A stretch of 64,000 nucleotides of DNA, from NCBI GenBank assembly GCA_965645245.1, contig OZ287075.1, positions 558,001-622,000 on the forward strand, in the 5' to 3' direction. Positions 44,886 through 57,646 of this stretch are shown here, piece by piece. The stretch is from Massalongia carnosa (lineage: Eukaryota). The notes beneath the pieces were generated by a model, which was given only the letters and a program-made list of their open reading frames with translations, did not search any database and was not told the origin of the DNA. How positions within the stretch are numbered: the first letter of the stretch is position 1; the number at the start of each line of letters is the position of its first letter. The position numbers and the translations under genes were made by a program.

Positions 44886-47800
44886 TGAAAAGAAAGAAGG
44901 AACACCGAAAAGCTCTTGGAAGGTATAATATGAAGCAAAAGTTTATGAGACATGAGGCATGAAACTACTTAAAGGGATGTCCAAAACCAACTGTTCCTAG
45001 TATATAATAATGTGTTTTTGTTGTACTCTTATCTCCTCGAGACTCCATCCGGATGCGACTGAAATGCGGTACGTGCTTGGAACATGAAAAGAATCATTTA
45101 TTCCTTATGCTGAGCAAGTTGAGATAACTCTGCACAATGGCGTTTTAGGGAAGTTTTTATTAAGTTCGCCGGATATGATGGTTAGCCAAGGGACATAGCC
45201 GAAACAGCTACTAATATAGCGGATACTGACAAGGTAAAATTAGAAACGGATCCTCCAAAGGTCGGCTTGACACATCAGAGGGTTATACGATCTTAGAGCA
45301 AAGACGGCTAGTCTTCTCCAAATGCCATAATTCTTCCTTATTTCAATCTGAAATAGCTAGTTGCTAGTTGGCTGTCTTTCTAAACAGAAAAGCGAACATG
45401 TACTTTATCCGTGTGCCATTGCAATAGCCAGCTCGTGCCATGGGGGTGTATATGTTACATGGTGGCGTTCGAGACAACATAGTTTTTGCCTGGCTCCCTC
45501 GGGAGGACTGAATAAGGCTGTTTTGACCTTTTCCGCTATAATATCGATTAGTTTCATTAGAGTTGTACCGCCTATAAATGGGCTTAGAAGTACAAAATGG
45601 GACATTGCTGATCACAGGAAATCGAAATCTTAAAACAAAAGAAAGATACGTAAAAACGGGGTCGTAAGCAATGGAATCGCTAGTATGATTGAGTTTGAGT
45701 CGATCCGTGATATCTGTCGTGAATAAATAAAAACAATGAACAGGAAATAGTGTTAGTTCAATGCCAAATATCGCTAGAGGCTTGAGAAGGTTAATTTGGG
45801 CGAATGATGCAGTTTTACTAGAATGTATTTATTTCCTAATGGAGCTGGTCTAATGGATGAATGGTGATTTTGTACTCTGTTCTTGTCTCCTTATCGTTAG
45901 CAATGAAAGAATGCAGTTTCTGATAGCAGTTAAAGTTGTAGGGATACTGGATGTCTTCTTCGATGAAATATCAGCTTCATAAGTATTTTGCATGGCTTCT
46001 TAGGGCAGGGGTTAACATAACAGTCTCCTTCGTCCTTCAAAGATATTTGAAAATACTAGCCGGATCCTATATACCGAGCAGTTTGATTGTCTTTGATGTG
46101 ACTCTACTTAGCTCTGATATAGAGCGGTTCCAAGACTTCCTAGACCGCACTGTATAGTATCGATGTTGGGATGAATCGTCACATCCAAGTCGTGCCTATT
46201 AAGATTCCGGAAACTCCTTGGAAAAATAGCATTTGGTATATCAGATAGCCAGAACATCTATAGCGCGAGACTCTGCACGAATGTCCCATAGACATCCCAC
46301 ATTTTAAGTGCCAAATGTGATGGCTGTTCGTTCTTTGGATAATCTCAGATGTGTCGATTCGTTTCCCAGTCTTCAAGCTCTTGTGCTTTGCAAACTGAGT
46401 GACTGGTTCTAAAGCTGTCTAGTAGGGTTCTAGTGGTAGCTCCCTCCGCACGACCTTGGAGTGAAGGAATCGCCCCCTCCGAGACGGTAAAGGCCAATAA
46501 CAAATAGAAAAAAATACATCAGATGTAGTCAGAAGTGCAATGCGCGTTAGGCAGTCTTCAGCCATTTCTTTTATATTTAGACGCCGCGTTTGAATTATCC
46601 CTGAATAAGGAATACTTTCAAGAGACATCACCAGTAAAAACCCTCGATAAGGAAGATTTTTCATCCCGGCTTGATTCCAGATGAAGGCAACGGTTCAAAT
46701 GTCAAAAAACTATTCGAGGCGTAAGCTGAAGTCTGTATATAGAATATAAGTTCTCCATTATATTGTAATGTCTGGAGAGGGCCTCTTGAAATTATCGACA
46801 AGAGGGATTACACCAAAAATGAGAATCTGGTATATCCGTGAGATTCGAAGGAGTTTAGCATCAGATAGAAGAGATAAATTATATAACGATCGACGGCCGA
46901 ATGAAAAACTTCTCGGCAGAAGCTAAATTTGACGGATTTTCTATGCGTGTGTTGTGAAAAGCAGATGGAGGGCAGGAGCTGGTAGGGAGTATATGTAGTA
47001 GTGTATGCGGCTGGATGGATTGCGAGTTAAGACACGGAAGCATTCATTTTCCAATGAAAGATCAAGGTTCACCCCAATGATCAACACTTGAGGATGAAGA
47101 CTTTGTCAATGAGATGTGACGAAAGGAGAAGCAAAGACGTTGAGCAAAGTAGGCTTATTGTCAGTTGGGCAGTGAACAGCCTTATGAGCCGATAAAAGTG
47201 GAAGCGATGTAGTGGTCATTATCATATCCACAGTGAGACTATAAATAGAGTTTTAGCTGAACAGAGGCCGTAATGCTGCTGTGTTAGCCCTCTGATAGAA
47301 AAACGGGGACACGTGGTAGCGGAATCTCGTTGTGTCTCTTGGGGTCCCTGCATCGCCTGAGACCTCCAAACAGCTGGCCGGTAGTCTTCAATGGATTATT
47401 TCATAGCAGGGTTTCAACGAGTGAAAGACACCAATTGCGGATGGCCAGTAAAAAGGAATTTAAAGAAGAGCAGTGAATAGGATTAGTGGGGGGGGGGGAA
47501 GGAGCCGCTGAACGAAGCATTGAAATTAGTAGTGGAAGAAGCAGTGATAGAAGCAATGAAGGGAGTCGGAGCGAAGAAGCAGTGAACGGGGCCGAGTGAA
47601 AGAATTCAGGTAAAATAGGGGAGGGGAGGGGTGTGAGCTATAGAGTTCAAGCAGGATATTTTCAAACCGCAGAAGCGGAAGCGGTACTCGAAGAATCCAA
47701 CTATTGGGGGGGCTTGAAGCAACACATTTTTACAAGATGTGGAATGGATTGAATATGCCTGAGTAAAGATTTGTAACTGCTGGTAAGCACCGTTCCTTGC

Positions 47801-48170
47801 CACTAAAGAGATAGGAAAGGTATCAGTACTGGATCCGCAAACGGGGTAGTCAATAAAGGTATGGAGCTTATTCGATGTAGGGAGCCAGCTAATTACCTCT
47901 GACGACTTTGTTGTTCGGTGTTCCTCAAGAAGCCGAAAAGGACCATTACATATTTGAGTTGTAATTGAGAGGATCCAGCTTTTATTCCCTGACACTCAAT
48001 TAAACACACACGACATGGTTCAAGTGAAGTCCAAATAAAGTTTCGCGCAACCTGACGGGAACAGCCAACGCGTCTTCCCCCCGACCCAATCGCAAGCTTT
48101 TATACATGTCAACTTTAAAACCCCCTCCTACTTCCCAATCATCCCTTTTTGCTGACCAAAATATCCTAAA

Positions 48171-50468
48171 ATGGCCTCCGAACCCCGCTGGCCACCCCGC
48201 TCCCCTCACGAGGCCCTTCTCAGCTCCCCAAGCGGCCGTCGTCGCCTTCGCGAACATCAAGACCGTACCTCTCCTTCTCCATCCCCCCTCAAAAAAGCTC
48301 TCCCCACGCCCCGCCTATGCCGGACACAGCCTCAAATTACCGCAGCCGACGACGAAGATGATGACGAGGATGAAGAGACATTGCAGCTACGACTGGAAGC
48401 GCTGGAGGCACGTCTGAAACTGAAGAAGCTGCAGCAGAAAAAACTCCGAGCAGCGACGGTGGGCGTGAATTTGGACTCTGAAAGCCACGTGCGCGAGCCG
48501 GTGTCAAGACCTTACTCCACTGTCAGTGTGAGGAGGTATGAAACGCAGAAGGCCCGATCGCCTTCCCGGCCAAAAGCGTCCGGGGTACAAGTGGCTGTTT
48601 CCCCGCCACGGAAACAAATCAGTGCTCCGGAAGCGAAATCGCCAGGGCGGGTTTTGCTGGGCATTGACAAAGGCTTGACGGGGAAAAACATATCGCTTCG
48701 GAGGATGCCGGGTGCGCAAAGCAAAGACGCTGCGGAGGACCCTTTCACGAGCACATTCCCTCACGGGACATCCCGAAATACGACATTACCCTCCAGCACC
48801 AGCACATCGCAGCAAGATAGCGCGCGGCCGAAAAGCTTCAGCGAGAGAATTGCGGAGACGAGACGGCAGGATCGCGAATGCAAGGAGCGGCAGAATCGGC
48901 TGCGGAAACAGAGAAGCATGGGGTTTGGCGTGCAGCAGCAAGATCTAGACGCTTTCAAGGAGTCGGCGGAGTCTAACGTTGTGGAAGAGAAACCCATTCC
49001 AAGTATGGATGCACGCACAGATGGGTATTCGAGGGAAGAGGTGTTGAAAGCAGTCAATCATCCGACTGCAGGGTTGGTTCATAGGAGCAATACGGTATCT
49101 GGAGTTCGCAACACCCGGCGTGATATTTCGCCCTTTAAACCTGCGAAATCGCACCCCGATTCGTCTCGAACAGACCCCGCTCTCGTCACCCGAAGACGGT
49201 CCCCAACATCCCCTCCAACCGAGTCCTCCCACTTCGAACCCTACTCCTCCATCCACCTGTCCAAACGGCTAATCCCCCACCCCTTCCTTTCCCACACCAT
49301 CGGCCAAAAACACATCTCCCTTATTCCCTCTCTCCTCGCCACCATTAAATCCCCCGCCTTCGCCCTGCCCGAGGCGCTGGAAGACGATTTCGTAGTCTTC
49401 GGCGTCATCGCATCCAAATCCTCGCCTCTGGCGCACAAAGATGGGCATAAATCCACGGCGCAGGCCTCTTCGTCTCTCACCGAAGCCACCGATAGCGAAA
49501 TGAATGCTAGAGGGAAATACATGGTCTTTACGCTTACGAACCTTGAATGGTCTCTGGACCTGTATCTCTTCACCACCGCCTACACCCGGTTCTGGAAACT
49601 CACCCCAGGAACCCTCATCGCCATTCTCAACCCCTCCATCATGCCACCTCCGCCGGGGAAAGCCGACACGGGTCGCTTCTCGCTTGTGCTCAACTCCAGC
49701 GACGACACGATCCTGGAGATCGGCATCAGCCGCGACTTGGGATGGTGCAAAAGCGTCCGGCGCGACGGGAAGAACTGCGGCAGCTGGGTGGATAAGAGAC
49801 ATACCGAGTATTGCGAGTGGCATGTTGATCGGGTGGTAGAAGGCACTAGGAGGGGGAGGATGGAAGTTAATGGGATGAGTGCGCCGTACGCTCCTGGGGG
49901 GAAGAAAGGGGGGAGGACGGGGTTCTGGGGCGGAGGGAGCAAGGGAAAGAAGGACGAGGGGTTGGTGAAAGAAGGAGCGCAGTACGATCGTGGAAGCGGA
50001 TCGAAGTATTTCATCGCACCGACAACGTTGGGGCCTGGGAGGAGTGCGGCTAGTTTGTTGGATGCGGAAGGTGGACCGTTGGAGCGAGGCGGGAGTAAAG
50101 AGGAGCGGGTGCGAAAGCGGCTAGCGGAGCGGGAACGGGAGCGGGAGATTGCGAGGAGGTTAGGCGAAGGGGGGAACGGGCTCGGCGGGGAGTATCTGCG
50201 ACTGAAACATGATGGCGCCGGCTCAGCGATGGGAGACGCCGACTTGTCGAGACAGGGGCCGGAGATGGCGCATGCAGGGTCGTTGGGCTTGCTGGGGAAT
50301 AAGGCGAGGGATGTGCATCTTAGCCCGTTGAAGAAGAGAAAGGGCGAGATGTCGGAGGACGGTGTGAGGAAGAAGACGAGGTTCGTTACGGCAGGAGGGG
50401 TAAAGGAGGCGGGAAGAGAAAGTTTGGGTGGGGTGGTGGATGAGGAAGATGAGTTGGATATCGTTTAG
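48171..50468 (+). CDS. MCM10: DNA replication factor Mcm10/Cdc23
   Basis: OB-fold region (VVFGVIASKS, KYMVFTL, GTLIAILNP) and zf-primase LEIGISRDLGWCKSVRRDGKNCGSWVDKRHTEYCEWH. Confidence 0.9.
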   Translation: MASEPRWPPRSPHEALLSSPSGRRRLREHQDRTSPSPSPLKKALPTPRLCRTQPQITAADDEDDDEDEETLQLRLEALEARLKLKKLQQKKLRAATVGVNLDSESHVREPVSRPYSTVSVRRYETQKARSPSRPKASGVQVAVSPPRKQISAPEAKSPGRVLLGIDKGLTGKNISLRRMPGAQSKDAAEDPFTSTFPHGTSRNTTLPSSTSTSQQDSARPKSFSERIAETRRQDRECKERQNRLRKQRSMGFGVQQQDLDAFKESAESNVVEEKPIPSMDARTDGYSREEVLKAVNHPTAGLVHRSNTVSGVRNTRRDISPFKPAKSHPDSSRTDPALVTRRRSPTSPPTESSHFEPYSSIHLSKRLIPHPFLSHTIGQKHISLIPSLLATIKSPAFALPEALEDDFVVFGVIASKSSPLAHKDGHKSTAQASSSLTEATDSEMNARGKYMVFTLTNLEWSLDLYLFTTAYTRFWKLTPGTLIAILNPSIMPPPPGKADTGRFSLVLNSSDDTILEIGISRDLGWCKSVRRDGKNCGSWVDKRHTEYCEWHVDRVVEGTRRGRMEVNGMSAPYAPGGKKGGRTGFWGGGSKGKKDEGLVKEGAQYDRGSGSKYFIAPTTLGPGRSAASLLDAEGGPLERGGSKEERVRKRLAEREREREIARRLGEGGNGLGGEYLRLKHDGAGSAMGDADLSRQGPEMAHAGSLGLLGNKARDVHLSPLKKRKGEMSEDGVRKKTRFVTAGGVKEAGRESLGGVVDEEDELDIV

Positions 50469-50574
50469 GGGAGGTTGGTGTGGTGGTGTGCGGGAAGGAA
50501 GCTTTTCGGCCATATTCTATGATTACTGACGATAGATGACAAATTCTCTTCAGTCATGTTCAGCTAGTTTATTT

Positions 50575-52134
50575 CTAGGTCAGTGCAGCGTCGATTCTGC
50601 ATCAATTAGCATATTTTCTTCAAATCCCACCACATACTTACATCATACTCCCCTGCCCCGGCTCACTAACTACTACTGCCTCCCTCAACCGTTCCTCGCT
50701 AATCCCCGGCTCCCTAACTCGATAATATCTCTCCTCCCACGCCCTCTTCACAGCCTCCACCTTTTCCTTCGGCACCAAATGCACCGAACAGCCTCCCCAG
50801 CCAGCCCCCGTCAGCCGACTTCCATACGAACCTGCCTCCCGCGCAATCTCGCACAGAAGGTCCAGTTCGCGACAGCTGCATTCGTAAAAGTCACGGCAGG
50901 AGGATTGGGTTTCGGTCATGAGGGAGCCGAGACGGGGAAGGAGGGTGCTGGCGGGGAGGGGTGGTTGCTGAAGGAGAAGGGCTTTGAAGTCGAGGACACG
51001 CAGGGCTTCGGAGAAGACGTGAGTAGCACGTTGGGCGAGGTGGAAGCGGGAGGCGCGAATTGGGAATTTTGTCAGGAACGTGTTGGTTACAGCGGAGGAG
51101 GGAAGGGAGAGCAGGGAGGCAATTTCCTCAATGCTGTAGTCTGTTTTGGGGAGGAGGATGGGGATGAGGGAAAGTAATTTTTCTAACTGGTATTTGGAGG
51201 GGACATCGGAGAAATAGGCACTTTGAAGACCACGAAGACTGTGGCCGAGGGGAGAGGCATCTTCTTTCAGGACAAGGTGTAGAGCACACGCCATGACTTC
51301 GGCGGCAAGGGTGCATTCGACCACGCGGAGGTTGTAGCATTCGGGAGCGGAAACATGTTTGTCAGCAGCAACAAAACTTTGTGCAATCATAAACGTGATA
51401 GGGGGATCGAGTTTAGGAAAGACGATGGCTTCGGCGTGAAGTTTGGGAGAAAATGATACACTGAGGGCATCGCCTTGGATAGAAAAGACGGAGGCTGCTT
51501 GGTCCATGCCGCCTGAATTCACGCCGACGGAGCGTTCGGACACGATGGCTAATTCAACCAGTTCTTTCTTAGAGACATTTTCCACCCCGTTGGAGTAAAG
51601 TACTGCCAGGGCACTGGCGCAGACGAATGCTGCGCTGCTCGAGAGACCGGCACCGGCTGGCACATTCCCATCGACTAGAATATGCATACTGCACGGTGAG
51701 AACTTAGAGTCCTTTTCTCGTAAAAGGCCTATTGCACCTTTAAGACCAGCTTTGAAATAGTTTGTCCATTCGTGGGTTGAGGCATCAATCTCGATATCCC
51801 CAGTCTCGATTGGGAAGCTGGCGGGCTTAAATTTCTGGGAATGGACGTTGGCGATGGAAATTGTTGTGTCGGTTTCTGCGGTCCGAGGTGAGTAAGAAAC
51901 TGCCACAAGGACATCTGCTGCAATGGCCATTGGAAGAACTTCGTAAAGTGAGTAGTCAATGTGCTCTCCAATGATATTGACTCGGCCGGGACTACGTGCA
52001 ACGAACTGGGAGGGTTTCTCATAAGTCTGGTTAAAAAGGGCATCAAGACGATTCCACCGTTGCTTTTGAGTTGCAATTGCTTCTGATGGATAAAGGTCTT
52101 CGATCCTGCTTGCGACTGGTACAGGCTCGTCCAT
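50575..52134 (-). CDS. GAL1: Galactokinase
   Basis: SPGRVNIIGEHIDY, GAGLSSSAA, GGMDQAAS, YNLRVVEC, GSRLTGAGWGGC. A short last exon is inferred after an intron starting GTAAGT near 50641. Confidence 0.95.
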
Positions 52135-52491
52135 GGTGCTGACAACCATCCAGCTGGAAATCCTTACTGCTTCTAGAACCAAACGAGCAAAGAGGGAAAT
52201 TACAAACGTAAACAAGAACACAGATTATAGAGTCGAGAAGAATAGAAAAATAGAAGAATAGAAGAATAGAAAATATGGTGGCTTAGAGCAGAGAGGTAGA
52301 GGCAACGTCCATCCGACATGTGAAGGCATTCCCAACTCTAGCACCCCGCAATCCACTAAACCTAAACCTGACCCTTGTGCACGCTACACTCCGCTATCGG
52401 CTAAATCACGTTTATAACCCTCGTCAGACTTTCCCGCTCCCCCAAAAACTTTGACTCACATTATCTCAAAAATATAATAAATCTCGTCAAA

Positions 52492-54783
52492 ATGTTGAGA
52501 GCACCAGCAAGAAGCGCCTTGTGCGCAATTCGATGTCCTCAATCAGTATTTATACCACCATGTCAGCATTTTTCTTCCAGCACACCTGTAGCAGCCATTT
52601 CCCCGCACCGAAAACCCACCTCCGCTCCTACAAAACTTCCTACTGTGGAAACCGCAAAACGAGGTCAAAGTACAGCTGCTGCGCCGGCTACGTGAGTCTC
52701 GTCAATTCTCAGCCAAATCATACTAATCAATTCAGCCAAACGAGACCTATCCCAAGTCCAGCATTCAACCAAGAACCGAGAAGGAATGAAATCCATCCAT
52801 TGCAAAATGTACTAAGTCCAGCGATGGATGACTCGTGAGTCGTTGAAGCCCCCGATCAATTACCGATAATAACATCCCTAGGTTCGTTGGACTCTCTGGG
52901 GGAGAAATATTTCATGAAATGATGTTACGGCAAGGTGTTAAGCATGTCTGTATGTAAGCCATAGCCAAATGCACCTACATGGCTGACCCTTCAGTTGGAT
53001 ACCCCGGCGGTACGATTTTGCCAGTTTTCGATGCGATTTATAATTCTAAACATTTTGAGTTCATTCTCCCAAAACACGAGCAAGGGGCAGGCCACATGGC
53101 GGAAGGATATGCCAGGGCTTCAGGACGCCCAGGAGTAGTCCTCGTCACCTCAGGGCCAGGAGCCACAAACGTTATCACTCCGATACAAGATGCTCTTTCC
53201 GATGGCACGCCGTTGGTGGTTTTCTGTGGTCAGGTCCCTACGAGTGCCATCGGAACAGATGCGTTTCAAGAAGCAGATGTTATTGGAATATCGAGAGCGT
53301 GTACGAAGTGGAACGTGATGGTCAAGAATGTCGCAGAGTTACCTAAAAGAATCAAAGAAGCCTTTGAAATCGCCACCAGTGGAAGGCCAGGTCCAGTGTT
53401 GGTGGACTTACCCAAAGATGTTCAAGCCGCCATCTTGAGGCATCCAATCCCAACGGCCAGCACGTTACCATCGCATCCCAGTGCGGCCACTATCGCTGCT
53501 CGAGATACAAGCAAGCGAAGCCTGGACGGCGCGGTGAAACGTGTGGCTGACTTGATTAATATCGCCAAGAAGCCTATTCTATATGTTGGTCAAGGTCTTA
53601 TTGCATTACCAGAGGGCCCTAAATTACTCAAGGAACTCGCCGAAAAGGCTTGTATTCCCGTCACTACCACACTTCAAGGCCTGGGCGGTTTCGATGAGCT
53701 GGATGAAAAATCTCTCCATATGCTCGGCATGCATGGATCGGCCTACGCAAACATGGCCATGCAAGAGGCGGATCTGATCATTGCGCTTGGAGCACGCTTT
53801 GATGACCGTGTCACAGGTAACATTGCAAAGTTCGCTCCTCAGGCCAAAGTTGCAGCGTCAGAGAAAAGAGGAGGAATCGTTCATTTCGAAATCATGCCGA
53901 AGAACATCAACAAAGTCGTCCAAGCCACCGAAGCCGTCGAAGGAGACGTCGCCACCAACTTAGCCCTTCTTCTCCCGCACATTCATTCCAGACCCTCGCG
54001 GTCGGAATGGTTCAGCCAGATCGCCGACTGGAAATCGCGCTTCCCATTTAACTACGAACGAGAAACGGCTAACGGGCTTATCAAACCACAAACAGTCATC
54101 GAGAAACTCAGCACCATGACCCAAGACATGAAAGACCGCACCATTATAACCACGGGCGTTGGCCAACATCAAATGTGGGCGGCACAGCATTTCCGCTGGC
54201 GCCACCCTCGCACCATGATTACCTCCGGTGGCCTCGGCACCATGGGCTACGGCCTCCCCGCAGCCATCGGCGCTAAAGTGGCCCGCCCAGACGCGCTGGT
54301 CGTCGACATCGACGGCGACGCCTCCTTCAACATGACCCTTACCGAGCTCTCCACGGCGGCGCAGTTTAACATTGGCGTCAAGATCATCGTGCTCAACAAC
54401 GAGGAGCAGGGCATGGTGACACAGTGGCAGAGCCTATTCTACGAGGACCGCTTCGCCCACACCCACCAGAAGAACCCGGATTTCATCAAGTTAGCCGAGG
54501 CCATGGGAGTACAGGCGCGCCGGTGCGTGGCCCCCGCTGACGTCGATGCGAAACTCACCTGGTTGCTTGAAAGTGATGGGCCGGCGCTGTTGGAGGTGGT
54601 GACGGATAAGAAAGTGCCGGTTTTGCCCATGGTGCCGGCGGGGAAAGCATTGCATGAGTTTTTGGTGTACGATGAGTGTAAGTTTTCTTTCCCTTTTCCA
54701 ATCCTACGCCTTTGCTAACTTTGACCCTTCCAGCCAAGGAAAAGGAACGGAGAGCCCTCATGAAGAAGAGGTCGGGGCATTAG
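52492..54783 (+). CDS. ILV2: Acetolactate synthase catalytic subunit, mitochondrial
   Basis: Presequence-like N-terminus; GYPGG, HEQGAGHMAEGYARASG, TSGPGATN, GVGQHQMWAAQ; TPP motif GDASF...NNEEQGMV. Four introns. Confidence 0.96.
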
Positions 54784-55215
54784 GGGGTGATCGACATTTG
54801 GTGGCTTTTTTCCCCGCTTGAGCGATTCTTGCATCTTGGCAACTCCAGCATTTTCGTGCGGATATGGGCGTATTTGGGGTACCTATGGATGGCTTTCTTT
54901 CCATATCAAGGTTTGGCGGAGGAAAATTGCGTGTTAAGAGACGAATCTTTACGAGACAAAAGTTAGACGTATACATACCATGAACGATGTCGAAGAAGGC
55001 AGAGAACCTAGTTTGAGGAACTTGATGAGTGCGTCGATGTTAGCATGGCTATAACGACGTGATGACCATGTCTCGAAGGAAGTGAGAGCAAGATATGTCT
55101 CAAAAGGTTGAAACCATTTTCTGGATCCGGGCATGTGTGCACGGCTGAGCCTTGTTGGATATTCGGAAGCAAAAGAAAGTAAATCTCAGATTCGAGCGCC
55201 GTATCCCCTCCACCC

Positions 55216-57367
55216 CTACACAGCCAAATCCTGTACCCTCACAAGCCCACTCCCCGTCCCAGCCGCAACCCACCCCCCACATCTCAAGTTCGGATTCCAC
55301 ACCACCTGCGAGATCGCCTCTTCCGTCTCAAAGACTGTCGACAAGAGCATCCCGTCCTGCGCCTCCCTCTCCGTTCTCTGCACCTTGACGCTCCCGACCT
55401 TATACCCGTCGGTCCAGCGGCTCACACCGCCGCCTTGGCGCGTCCACTCATGCCGAAATACCACCTGCTGGTACTGCTGCGCTTTGCGGTACAAAGCCCT
55501 CCGCATCGGGTTCGCGGCCACGAGGCTGCCGTCCGCGCAGCCAACGAGGACGGTGGGGTGGAAGTGGCCGACGGAGAGGGCGAGCGGGAAAGCATTCGGG
55601 CGGGCAAAGCTGATGCTAGTGAAAAACGACCGTAACGAGTAAATGCGCACGTGATTTGTTTCCTCAGTCGAGATGAAGGAGACTAGGGGCTCGGAGAAGG
55701 CGAGGCTGGCGACGTTCATGCGGGAGCGGGTGGAAAGAACGAAGTCGGTTGCCGGGGCGCAGAGGTCGGTGAGGCGGAGGTAACCGTCCATGGAGGAGCT
55801 GGCAAGGAAGTTCGGATGCGTGGGATAGGCGCTGGCGAGGGCGAGGATGTAAGACTGGTGGAGTTGGATGTAGAGCCTTGGGGTTGGGGTTAGTTTGGAG
55901 TTGGGGCCTTGCTCAGGGTTTGTGGTGATGTCCCAGATAGCAAGGAAGCCGTTTGCGCAGCCGACGGCAATGTCAGTTGCAGATAGCCAAGTAATACAGG
56001 TACATAATGTGTTTGGAGGTCGAGCGGTGAAAGCAGCGTTGTTATATTTTACTACATCTTATAAACTTAGCTAACAGCAAAGGAATAACGGACCTACCAT
56101 AACTCATCGATCCATGGTTATCTAATTGAACGTCCAAGACCCGAACATGACCATCGGTCCAAATCCCAGCCATCAATCCAAGAGAAACCTTTCCATGAGA
56201 GTCTCCCTCTCGAAATATTCTAGGCATTGGGCACCACTTGGCCTGCTTCACGTCGCCCCATTCGGTGCATATGACAAGTCGAAGTTTGGGGGGCCGTTGC
56301 GAGTCTAAGAAGTCATGGTATGAATGACCTGCGGCAAATTCCCAAATTTGAATGCTTGACTGAATAGGTGGCGAAGGCGTGTATGCTGGAGATACTTTCG
56401 ACAGCTCTAGCGTTACATGCTTAGGGCGAGAAGTGGCAATCGCTAGATATTGTATGTCATCTTGATTCGTGGTCCAGTCCAGACATCTAACAGCAGTTCC
56501 TACATTCAAAATCCAACCGTCTCTTTTCACCTGGTTCTTTCTCAGTTCGGCTTCACCTGGGCTATCCAACCCTTCATCAAGACACAAATTCTGGCCAGCT
56601 GCTAAATCGAATACTTTCTGTTTTCCATATGGCCCTAGGAGGAACCTATGCTTAAGTTTTGAGGATTTGGGTATATAAGCAATCCCCTCGTCTGATGTTA
56701 GAACTCGAAGATTTTGCATCTCATTAAACAATTCCCTACCTCCCTGGTCGTAATACCAATCCCACCCTACCCCAGCTTCCATTTTCCTCTTTTCCTCAGT
56801 ATGAGAGAATAAGTAACACATACCTCCAACGCCATTCTCGTTGGCGGTTCTCTTTGGTAGAGATGGGTTGTTCAGCCATTGATCCCTTGATCTTAACACA
56901 TGTACCCAGTCTTTTGGATCAGGGCCAAATAGTTGCTTCAGGATGGTTTCTTTACCATGAGTGTGCTTCTCGTGATTCATTAGCCCTCGAAAATGTTCAT
57001 GTCTAGTTCGCTCTTTTCTCAGCCGCCAGCGAATTGCTTTTTGGGTTAAACTCCTTTTCGGCTTGGAATTTAGATCTCCTGCAGTGTCATAAGAAACATC
57101 CGACTCATCCATCGACTCTTCGTCCGGTGTTACTACCTCAGAACCATCCGAAGCATCTTCAACAGGCATATTGTTCAAATCAGGAACATCAGCTACGTGA
57201 GTTATGAGTTGACTATCTTTTCCTTCATCGATCAGCTGCCGCGTGAGCATTCCATCACGATCAGAATCCGAGCTTGCAATGTCTAGTTCTTCGAACGGAT
57301 CGAAAGAGTATCGACGATTGATTTGGCGTTGCCTCCCGGATCTTCTTACTGGAGACGAGTTGGCCAT
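55216..57367 (-). CDS. TFIIIC WD40 subunit (Tfc6/GTF3C2-like)
   Basis: Acidic/basic N-terminus, LDW, WGDVKQAKWCP, IAVGCANGFLAIWD, and C-terminal WNPN...WVAAGTGSGLVRVQDL. One intron near 56045-56096. Confidence 0.75.
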
Positions 57368-57646
57368 TTGGTTTAATGATCCTGTGTCGACCAAAGGATT
57401 GACGATATGAAAAGGTAGTCATGTAGGTAGGGACTTTGAACTTTGTAGAGATAATTCTGTACTGTCATGATGGTTTCCTCACGTGACCGTCCCTCATAGG
57501 GCTGACCACCTCTCTGAGACTAACCCAAACAAAAAGCAACCAAATGTCGTGGCCTCATGACTGACGATACACAAAGACATCTTTTCACCTTCAACTATCA
57601 AACATATCTTCTTTGCTGAAGGTATCTTGGATCCCCCCCCCCAAAT

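Noticed and set aside
45100..47900. Scattered 60-130 aa ORFs, possible gene relic
   Set aside because: No motif I can recognise; a BLASTx search would be needed.
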